Origin: Formosa sp. Hel1_33_131
Lineage (GTDB): Bacteria > Bacteroidota > Bacteroidia > Flavobacteriales > Flavobacteriaceae
Assembly (NCBI RefSeq): GCF_001735745.1
Contig: NZ_CP017260.1
Location: 360,001-392,000 of the forward strand
DNA length: 32,000 bases
Direction: 5' to 3'
Shown: positions 1-6,755 of the stretch, piece after piece
Layout: the number at the start of each line of letters is the position of its first letter
Numbering within the stretch: the stretch's first letter is position 1
Program-made: the position numbers and the translations under genes
Notes under the pieces: generated by a model
What the model was told of the DNA's origin: nothing
What the model saw: only the letters and a program-made list of their open reading frames with translations
The model's database searches: none

Positions 1-1104
1 TTGTTTTTCTGCATTATGCAATTTTATTTCTTGCATACCATTAATTAGCTCAATAACTTTAGATTGTTCTTGACTGATTTGAGAAAATTGCTTGTAATCT
101 AATTCTCTTTGCTTTTTTAGAAAAAACGAAATCCAAATAAAATATAAAATACTTCCAACTAAGAAAATTAAAAATATTTGAATATTATAATACAATAATA
201 TAACTCCAAAGGTTAATAAATTAAACATAGAAAATAGAACATTAAGTGTAGAGGACGTAAGGACTATTTCTATTCTTTTATGGTCATTTATTCTTTGCAA
301 AATATCACCTGTCATTCGAGTATCAAAAAAAGCTATAGGTAAACTCATTAGTTTTATAAAAAAATCTGAAACTAACGAAATGTTAATGCGAGTACTTAAA
401 TGTAATAGTATCCAACTTCTAATTATTTCTATTGATATTCGTCCAATAAATAAGGCTAATTGAGCAAAAAGAACAAGGTAAATAAAATGAATATCTTGAT
501 TTTTAATACCTACATCAACTATGCTTTGAGTTAAAAAAGGAAAAATTAATTGCAATAAACTACTTGCTACTAATCCAATTATTAACTGAACAATGTATTT
601 TTTATATTTAAGTAAATACTTTGTTAAAAAAGAAATATTTAATTTATGATTATTATCGAATTTAGATTCGTAAAACTTAGGTGTTGGCTCCATTAATAGT
701 ACCAAGCCTTCTTCAGTTTCATCTGAAGAATTATTACCAATCCAATGTTTAAGAAACTCGTCTTTAGTGTATTTTATTAAACCATAAGCTGGGTCAGAAA
801 TAAAATATGTATTATTTTTTATTTCGTATAAAACAACATAATGGTTTTTATTCCAATGTAAGATACATGGTAGAGGCGCTTCAGATAATCTATTTAAAGA
901 TATTTTAGCCCCCAAAGACCTTATGCCTATTTTTTCTAAAGCATCACTAATTCCTAAAATACTACTTCCTTGTCTTGTGGTTTCACTTAAATCTCTAAGT
1001 TCTTGAATAGAAATATTTTTTCCATAATATTTAGATATAATTTTTAGACATGTTGGACCACAATCTTTTAAGTCTGCTTGCTTATAAAAAGGAAATTTTT
1101 TCAA
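1..1104 (-). CDS. C39 peptidase-domain ABC transporter (double-glycine leader-cleaving peptide exporter). Only the N-terminal ~368 aa are present; the gene runs off the left window edge.
   Basis: Absent from the ORF track because it is partial and starts with TTG at 1104..1102, with an in-frame TAA two codons upstream. My translation is (M)KKFPFYKQADLKDCGPTCLKIISKYYGKNISIQELRDLSETTRQGSSILGISDALEKIGIRSLGAKISLNRLSEAPLPCILHWNKNHYVVLYEI... This is a canonical C39 N-terminus with the catalytic Cys (DCGPTC) and His (NHYVV). ABC membrane-domain helices follow (YIVQLIIGLVASSLLQLIFPFLTQSIVD...). Confidence 0.85.
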   Translation of the reverse strand, partial: MKKFPFYKQADLKDCGPTCLKIISKYYGKNISIQELRDLSETTRQGSSILGISDALEKIGIRSLGAKISLNRLSEAPLPCILHWNKNHYVVLYEIKNNTYFISDPAYGLIKYTKDEFLKHWIGNNSSDETEEGLVLLMEPTPKFYESKFDNNHKLNISFLTKYLLKYKKYIVQLIIGLVASSLLQLIFPFLTQSIVDVGIKNQDIHFIYLVLFAQLALFIGRISIEIIRSWILLHLSTRINISLVSDFFIKLMSLPIAFFDTRMTGDILQRINDHKRIEIVLTSSTLNVLFSMFNLLTFGVILLYYNIQIFLIFLVGSILYFIWISFFLKKQRELDYKQFSQISQEQSKVIELINGMQEIKLHNAEKQ

Positions 1105-1116
1105 ATGATTTTATTT

Positions 1117-2220
1117 TTAAACTAAACCATATTGTTTAATCACTTTTTGTTTTAGTGGATTTAAACTCCAGTCTTCCCACGTACATGTACTCGGATTATA
1201 CCCACATTTTAAAGGTTTACTATATAAATCCATTGGATTTTCTATAAAAGCTCTACAATCTGTACAATTAAATCTAAATTCACAGTCTTTACAAGTATCA
1301 ATTTGAGTTTTATTTATTGTCCAAAACTTATTAAAAGTCTTTTCTTTAATAATATCTTTTATTTTAGTTTCTTTTAAATTACCGTGTATTAAATCCATTA
1401 CTGGACAATTTTTAATATTCCCTGATGAATCTATTGAAACTTTTTTATTTAAACATCCATTTTTTTCCTCTAATTCAATATGATTATTTATGTTTTCAAA
1501 ATTTAAGTTTTCTTTATTAATAACTCCACAACACTTCCCTTTATTAAAAGGATATGTAATAAAATATAGTTTACCGAAATGAAGTGGATAGAATCCTTCT
1601 TTTTCAATTGAAAAATCTACGATTTCTGATTTAGGTGAGCTATATATGTATATATGAGATATTGGAGAGTAGTTTAAAATTAAGTCATTTAAATCTTTCG
1701 TAGATACTTCTTCGGAATAAGTCAAATGCATTTCAACATAATTAATATTTGTTTTATTAATTATATCTAATATTTTCTTTTTAAAGTTTAAATTAAATTT
1801 AGAAAGAAACCTTAACTGTACATCGTTGCATCTCAACTCTTCAATTTCAGCTACTAATTGTGTAAACATTGTTTCTGAAAAATTACTCTCATCAATTTCT
1901 ATAATTACATCTTTTAATAACACAAACTCATCATCAACACAGTTTTCTCTTGCGGGATAACTATCTAAATTACTAGAAAAAAAACCTATTTCATTATGTA
2001 GTAAAAACTCTATAAACTCTGAAAATGATTTTTTAGACTCATCATTAATAGTTTCTTCTATTTCATTAATTCTATTTCTATTTAAAATTTGTATTAAATC
2101 AAAATATTCATTTGAAATAAAGTATAATTCATTTCTCAAATAATCAATTATTAAACTTCTTTTGAGTCCTTTAACCACCTTACAACTACTTGAAAGTATA
2201 AAAAAATTATTATTCATCAT
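1117..2220 (-). CDS. SPASM-domain peptide maturase lacking the radical-SAM CX3CX2C motif (grasp-with-spasm type)
   Basis: ORF-track frame 1117..2289. The likely true start is MMNNNFFILSSSCKVVKGLKRSLIIDYLR (ATG at 2220 or 2217), which matches the usual N-terminus of this family. The C-terminus carries a full SPASM Cys set: C-x15-C with G-x4-C (CLNKKVSIDSSGNIKNC), CKDCEFRFNCTDC, then CGYNPSTC. No CxxxCxxC occurs anywhere in the protein. Confidence 0.75.
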   Translation of the reverse strand: MMNNNFFILSSSCKVVKGLKRSLIIDYLRNELYFISNEYFDLIQILNRNRINEIEETINDESKKSFSEFIEFLLHNEIGFFSSNLDSYPARENCVDDEFVLLKDVIIEIDESNFSETMFTQLVAEIEELRCNDVQLRFLSKFNLNFKKKILDIINKTNINYVEMHLTYSEEVSTKDLNDLILNYSPISHIYIYSSPKSEIVDFSIEKEGFYPLHFGKLYFITYPFNKGKCCGVINKENLNFENINNHIELEEKNGCLNKKVSIDSSGNIKNCPVMDLIHGNLKETKIKDIIKEKTFNKFWTINKTQIDTCKDCEFRFNCTDCRAFIENPMDLYSKPLKCGYNPSTCTWEDWSLNPLKQKVIKQYGLV

Positions 2221-2428
2221 TGTTAAAAGTTTTAAAATTAATTGTTTTAGAAATTTGTCTATTTGGATAATAGTCTCGCATATTATCACACTGAAGAAAA
2301 GAATTATATTTTATCATTTTTAACTCATCATGAATAAATGTAATTTGATTATAATAAATCTTTCTAAAATGAAGAGGTATTTTATTAAGTTTTTCCCCTT
2401 TTAACTCTACTTTATTTAAATATTCCAT
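2210..2428 (-). CDS. Hypothetical 72-aa protein between the ATP-grasp and SPASM genes
   Basis: The ORF almost exactly fills the otherwise 191-nt gap between two operon genes. It overlaps the ATP-grasp stop by 17 nt and the proposed SPASM start by 11 nt, a translational-coupling-like layout. I recognise no family. Confidence 0.4.
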   Translation of the reverse strand: MEYLNKVELKGEKLNKIPLHFRKIYYNQITFIHDELKMIKYNSFLQCDNMRDYYPNRQISKTINFKTFNNDE

Positions 2429-3425
2429 TTATTAAATATTTTGCTATTATTTTATCTAAATTATAATTACATGGCTCTGAGACCATTCCATATTGACCTA
2501 CAGGATTTATTTCTAAAAACACATAGTCTCCATTCTTATTTATTATTAAATCTACAGAGCCACAGTTTAACTTTAATTCATTAAAGAGGTTATCTAATTT
2601 TACTTCAACATTTTTAGGTAATTTATATGGTTCTGTTTTATTTGGTTTTTGACTATTGTATTTTCTAAAATCTACTACTGTTTGGTTTGATGATTGAGAA
2701 AATATAACCATTGAAAAGAAGTGCCCGTCCAAGTAGAAAGTTCTAATTTCTGACTCCTTTTCAATTTGTTCCATAATTAGTGATGGGAAAAAGTGAATTT
2801 CTTCATTAGTAGTGTGTAGTAACTCGTCTTCTATAAGTTCGGTATAAGAATAAAATCTTTGGTTACCTATAATATTATAAACTCCATTAGATATAGCTTT
2901 TGAAATAAGATTAGGATTATTTTTACCAAATTCATACATTTGAGTAGTATTTCTAACAATTTTAAAATTTGGTATTTTTAACCCTTGCTTCTTTGCTATT
3001 TCATTAACAATCAGTTTATTCAAATTAAATGTAGGTTTTCCTAAATTAATTTTGCAATTTTGATAAACTTGATAATAAATAAAATCAATTAAATCTTCTA
3101 CTTCATTTTTTATAAGATCACTATTTTTATCAATAAGAGAAGTTAAGTTAAACCCCTTACTAAATAACACATCTTCCTTTTTTAAATCAGTAAAATAAGA
3201 TTTTCCAATACCTCTTCTACGCCACCAACATGCTTTTGCATCAAGTAAATTGAAAACTTTATTGGTCAAAGTGTTTTTAATAAAAATACCTTTAGACGTA
3301 ATTTTATCAAATTTATGTATTTCATCATCTGCATTTAATCTGATGACTTTTTCTCCAAAATATTCCAACCATCTAATTACATCTGAAGTAGAAATATCAT
3401 ATTTAATTGTGAAAATTATAATCAT
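2412..3425 (-). CDS. ATP-grasp peptide maturase (graspetide-type macrolactone/lactam ligase, grasp-with-spasm type)
   Basis: 337 aa. The N-terminus MIIIFTIKYDISTSDVIRWLEYFG is typical of RiPP ATP-grasp maturases from Bacteroidota. The C-terminal GSVDLIINKNGDYVFLEINPVGQYG is the ATP-grasp Mg/ATP-binding core. It lies 11 nt downstream of the precursor genes. Confidence 0.8.
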   Translation of the reverse strand: MIIIFTIKYDISTSDVIRWLEYFGEKVIRLNADDEIHKFDKITSKGIFIKNTLTNKVFNLLDAKACWWRRRGIGKSYFTDLKKEDVLFSKGFNLTSLIDKNSDLIKNEVEDLIDFIYYQVYQNCKINLGKPTFNLNKLIVNEIAKKQGLKIPNFKIVRNTTQMYEFGKNNPNLISKAISNGVYNIIGNQRFYSYTELIEDELLHTTNEEIHFFPSLIMEQIEKESEIRTFYLDGHFFSMVIFSQSSNQTVVDFRKYNSQKPNKTEPYKLPKNVEVKLDNLFNELKLNCGSVDLIINKNGDYVFLEINPVGQYGMVSEPCNYNLDKIIAKYLINGIFK

Positions 3426-3436
3426 GCCTTACTTAA

Positions 3437-3601
3437 TTAATCAACATCGTGTGAATGAGAATCATTATCATTAGCCGTTGTCATAGTATGACGATGACTA
3501 GTATTGGTAGCCGTATTATTAGTTATTTCCTGTTTGCCTCCAGTTATATTTTGCAATTTGGAAGAGCTTAATTGTTCTACTTTAAATTTATTTAGTTTCA
3601 T
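3437..3601 (-). CDS. Precursor peptide P1 (54 aa) with a double-glycine leader
   Basis: Hand translation: MKLNKFKVEQLSSSKLQNITGG|KQEITNNTATNTSHRHTMTTANDNDSHSHDVD*. It has a Bacteroidota GG-type leader and a core with 10 Ser/Thr in 32 residues. It sits 11 nt upstream of the ATP-grasp gene and is below the ORF-track size cutoff. Confidence 0.8.
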   Translation of the reverse strand: MKLNKFKVEQLSSSKLQNITGGKQEITNNTATNTSHRHTMTTANDNDSHSHDVD

Positions 3602-3612
3602 ATTTTTTTTAT

Positions 3613-3780
3613 TTAGTCTGAATCATTTCTGAGTGCATCTTGGTCTGAACAACAGCAAACTGTTTGTCTACGACTACTATGAGTAGGACCTTCAAATGCA
3701 ACTTCTTTCATCTGCCCTGCAGCTACATTTTGTAATACTGAAGTAGATAGTTGTTCGAATTGAAAATTTGATAGTTTCAT
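3613..3780 (-). CDS. Precursor peptide P2 (55 aa) with a GG-type (AG) leader
   Basis: Hand translation: MKLSNFQFEQLSTSVLQNVAAG|QMKEVAFEGPTHSSRRQTVCCCSDQDALRNDSD*. The leader is nearly identical at the nucleotide level to that of P3. There is an 11-nt gap to P1. Confidence 0.8.
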   Translation of the reverse strand: MKLSNFQFEQLSTSVLQNVAAGQMKEVAFEGPTHSSRRQTVCCCSDQDALRNDSD

Positions 3781-3848
3781 AATCTTTAGTTTTAATTATA
3801 TTTGTATTAGTTATACTATTTGTGTCTAGCTTTTAGTATAATAACAAT

Positions 3849-3877
3849 ACACAAGAGGATTAAAAACCCTCTTGTGT
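3849..3877 (-). terminator. Perfect 10-bp stem-loop after P3; candidate partial terminator or processing/stability hairpin
   Basis: ACACAAGAGG (3849-3858) and CCTCTTGTGT (3868-3877) are exact reverse complements with a 9-nt loop. The hairpin lies 20 nt past the P3 stop. No clear U-tract follows on the minus strand. Confidence 0.45.
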
Positions 3878-3897
3878 TAATTGAGAAAAACTATAGC

Positions 3898-4062
3898 TTA
3901 ATCGCTATCCTGTCTACCAGTATCGTGATCTGTACCAGTACATGTTGTTCTTCGTCTTCTAGTGCTTGTAACACCTTCGTCTTCTAAAGCCATAGTTCCT
4001 CCTGCAATATTTTGTAATTCAGAAGTAGATAGCTTTTCAAATTGAAAATTTGATAATTTCAT
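3898..4062 (-). CDS. Precursor peptide P3 (54 aa) with a double-glycine leader
   Basis: Hand translation: MKLSNFQFEKLSTSELQNIAGG|TMALEDEGVTSTRRRRTTCTGTDHDTGRQDSD*. It is the first of the three tandem precursor genes, 101 nt downstream of the OMP gene. Confidence 0.8.
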   Translation of the reverse strand: MKLSNFQFEKLSTSELQNIAGGTMALEDEGVTSTRRRRTTCTGTDHDTGRQDSD

Positions 4063-4117
4063 AATTTCAAAAGATTAGAATTATGCCTACTCTTTTTAAG
4101 GTTTTCGGCTTACCCTG

Positions 4118-4131
4118 ATTGTTGCAACAAT
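4118..4131. promoter_or_regulatory. Perfect 14-bp palindrome ATTGTTGCAACAAT upstream of the precursor genes; candidate operator
   Basis: Exact self-complementarity read directly from the sequence. It lies 55 nt upstream of the P3 ATG, in the OMP-P3 intergenic region. Confidence 0.35.
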
Positions 4132-4163
4132 TTTGTTATCAGATAAAAAACTGATTTATATTT

Positions 4164-6548
4164 TTAATTAAGTCTTTGTTTATCTTCGTTAAATTTAGCT
4201 ATCCTTCTTTGCTTTACATTTTTACTACCAATTTTATAAGTAAGTGAAAGTGTAAAATTTCTCATATCGTTATAAATACTTGAAGACTGTGTGAAATTCT
4301 GATACTGTTCTTCTCCTACATTTCTATTTTGTTTAAATAAATCATTTCCAGATATATTTACTTGAAGGTTCTCTTCAAGTAATCTAAATTTCAATCCTAA
4401 ATCAAGACTAGCTCTGTTTCTTGATTTAAAAAAACCATCTACGTTCGGAAAGCTTTGAAAGAAATTGATTGTAAAAAAGGATGTTCTTTTTTCGTTTAAA
4501 GAAATGGTGTTTTTTGTTGAAAAATAGACACCATAACCATCATAAGATTTTAATGTTTCATTTTCAAAATTTGAATTTGCTTTATTAAAATAAGTACTTA
4601 CAGAATTATAACTATTAACCCATTTAAAAAGTGTTAAACGATGGCTAACATCTAAACCATAAGTGTATTGATTATATAGGTTTTCCGGCTTCGTAATAAT
4701 CTCATTAGAATTTTCATTAGCTATAGTAATAAAGTCTATAACATCAATAAGCTTTGAACCATATAATATTAGCGATAAGTTGTTTTTATAAATGTATGAA
4801 AATTCTAAATTATGAGTAAATGAAGGCAATAAAAAAGGATCCCCCGATTCATAAGAATATGGGTCTGAATAAATTCTGAAAGGATTTAAATTTGAAAAAC
4901 CTGGTCTATCAATTCTTTTTGAATAAGACATAGATAGTGAATGATTTTCTTTTGGATCATATGAAATATATGCACTCGGAAAAATATTATTTAAATTATT
5001 AGTGTTTGTCTGGTTTAATGTAGGAGAGAAACCTTTTAAATAGGTATTTTCGTATCTTAAACCTATTTGTGCAATCCATTTTTCACTTAATTCTTTCTCT
5101 ATTGAAATATATAAGGCTGATGTTCTTTCTTCATATTCGAATTGATTAGACCTGTTTAAATTGATTATTGGAGTTCCATATGTTGTATCGTAGTAAAACA
5201 GACTACTATTATTATTTATAAAAGTTAATTTTCCTCCAACCTCTAAATCAAAAGCATCATAAGGTAGTGTGAAATCTGTTTTTAAAGATGCTACTTCATA
5301 TTTGTTATCAGAATTATTTAGAACAGATGTATTTAAACTATTAACACCATTACCCAGCCTATTAATACTATTGAAATCTATATCATTTGAACTATCTTTT
5401 ACTAAGTAATCGATATTTAAACTGAATTTCTTTCCAATACTATCTAGCTTTAAATCATAATATCCATTAATAGAATGAAAATTATACTTATTTTTATTTC
5501 TTGTTAACGTTGTTAAAATAGAGTCTAAAACAAAATTTTCCTTTTGAATAAAATTACTTATATTATTTCCTCTTTGACTAATATCCCAAAAACTACCGCT
5601 ATAAATAAATCCTGTTTCTGATTTTTCATTTATTTTATAATTCGAATTTAGATTTAGCATTAACCCTTTAGAAGAATCTTTTCTGTCTTTTGATGTATTC
5701 CAAAATCTAGAAGTGTATTCTACATCGTTTGTAGATATAGATTTTTTAGCTTCTGTATCAGCAGAGACGTTCAGTGATATATTTAATTTTTTAGTCGCAA
5801 ATTTCACATTACTGGTTGGTATAAAGGCAGCATATGTTCTTTGTATATATGTAGCTCCAACAGAACCATCCCATCCTAAGTTTGGATTTTTTTTAGTTAC
5901 AATATTAATTAAACCACTGTTTCCTTCAGCGTCATATTTAGCAGGAGGCGTTGTAATAACTTCTATTTTTGAAATATTGTCTGAACGAATACTTCTTAAA
6001 TATGCTTCTAAATCACTACTTGATAAATTGAGCACTCTTCCATCTATTAAAACATTAACACTACTTTTTCCAATAATTTTGATTCCACCACTTGAAACAT
6101 CAATTCTTGGAGTTCGTTGCAAAACTTCTAATCCATCAACTCCTTGAGAAACAATACTATTTTCAACATTAAAAATTAATCGGTCGACTTTTTTTTGGAT
6201 TAAAGGTTTTTTTGCTGAAATAACTATTTCATCTAATTTATTTTTACTGTGTATTAATGTAATATTACCTAAATCAATGTCTTTATTTTTAACTAGTACT
6301 TCTTTAACCCAGTCCTTATAACCAATAAAAGTAACTATTAAATTGTATTTTCCTTTTTTTGATTTTATTGTAAAAGAACCTTGATCGTTGGTTATAGAGC
6401 CTGAAACAAAATTATTATCAACGTCAGTCAATATAACATTCGCAAACTCTATATAGCTTATAGAGTCTTTTACCTTCCCCTTTACAATAATTTGAGAAAA
6501 AGAAAAAAAGGGAATAATTGAGGTTAAAGCTAATAATAAATACTTCAT
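4164..6548 (-). CDS. Outer-membrane beta-barrel / TonB-dependent-receptor-like protein with an N-terminal carboxypeptidase-regulatory-like domain
   Basis: 794 aa. There is a signal peptide (MKYLLLALTSIIPFFSFSQ), then a CarboxypepD_reg-like fold (IVKGKVKD...GSFTIKSKKGKYNLIVTFIGY). A plug-like segment follows (DEIVISAKKP...VDRLIFNVENS...LEVLQRTPRIDV...ISKIEVITTPPAKYDAEGNSGLINIVTKK), then a long barrel rich in aromatic and Asn residues. The C-terminus SLTYKIG plus a basic tail is typical of the Bacteroidota OMP_b-brl_3-type family. Confidence 0.8.
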   Translation of the reverse strand: MKYLLLALTSIIPFFSFSQIIVKGKVKDSISYIEFANVILTDVDNNFVSGSITNDQGSFTIKSKKGKYNLIVTFIGYKDWVKEVLVKNKDIDLGNITLIHSKNKLDEIVISAKKPLIQKKVDRLIFNVENSIVSQGVDGLEVLQRTPRIDVSSGGIKIIGKSSVNVLIDGRVLNLSSSDLEAYLRSIRSDNISKIEVITTPPAKYDAEGNSGLINIVTKKNPNLGWDGSVGATYIQRTYAAFIPTSNVKFATKKLNISLNVSADTEAKKSISTNDVEYTSRFWNTSKDRKDSSKGLMLNLNSNYKINEKSETGFIYSGSFWDISQRGNNISNFIQKENFVLDSILTTLTRNKNKYNFHSINGYYDLKLDSIGKKFSLNIDYLVKDSSNDIDFNSINRLGNGVNSLNTSVLNNSDNKYEVASLKTDFTLPYDAFDLEVGGKLTFINNNSSLFYYDTTYGTPIINLNRSNQFEYEERTSALYISIEKELSEKWIAQIGLRYENTYLKGFSPTLNQTNTNNLNNIFPSAYISYDPKENHSLSMSYSKRIDRPGFSNLNPFRIYSDPYSYESGDPFLLPSFTHNLEFSYIYKNNLSLILYGSKLIDVIDFITIANENSNEIITKPENLYNQYTYGLDVSHRLTLFKWVNSYNSVSTYFNKANSNFENETLKSYDGYGVYFSTKNTISLNEKRTSFFTINFFQSFPNVDGFFKSRNRASLDLGLKFRLLEENLQVNISGNDLFKQNRNVGEEQYQNFTQSSSIYNDMRNFTLSLTYKIGSKNVKQRRIAKFNEDKQRLN

Positions 6549-6607
6549 GTTTTTAATTGATTTGAGACTCTAAACTTACAACTAGATTCAACTTAAACAA
6601 AACTTAT

Positions 6608-6651
6608 GTAGTTGAAATTTATAAATTTCATGTCCGTATTTATAAATTTCA
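6608..6651. promoter_or_regulatory. Two copies of a palindromic operator in the divergent OMP/lanB promoter region
   Basis: GAAATTTATAAATTTC at 6614-6629 is a perfect 16-bp palindrome. The 14-mer ATTTATAAATTTCA recurs exactly 21 bp later (6617 and 6638). The same 14-mer is also found at 11591. Confidence 0.6.
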
Positions 6652-6755
6652 GCCTCTATAATTATTTATAAAACACTCATTTTGAGGTTTTTAAATTTAT
6701 TTTAGGAACTAATTATAAAATCCGTAGATTTACAGTCCCAAAACCTACTTAGTGC

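Noticed and set aside
2221-2289. Track-proposed N-terminal extensions: SPASM from 2289, proC from 23263, GNAT from 26058, POP1 from GTG 11852, POP2 from TTG 14094
   Set aside because: Internal ATGs give canonical N-termini: the family-typical start, the Rossmann GxGxxG, or signal peptides with a lipobox Cys. They also remove overlaps with upstream genes or with the P4 terminator stem.
3250-3474. 74-aa plus-strand ORF spanning the ATP-grasp start and the P1 stop
   Set aside because: It is antisense to two supported minus-strand genes. The minus-strand reading gives a coherent GG-leader peptide and the ATP-grasp N-terminus.
5713-6147. 144-aa plus-strand ORF inside the OMP gene (also 6787-6969 minus, 8500-8709 plus, 15481-15720 minus)
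   Set aside because: These are antisense or alternate-frame ORFs within well-supported long genes, with no recognisable motifs.
6631-6672. 13-codon ORF (ATGTCCGTATTT...) in the divergent promoter region as a possible extra precursor
   Set aside because: It is too short, has no GG leader, and overlaps the operator repeats.
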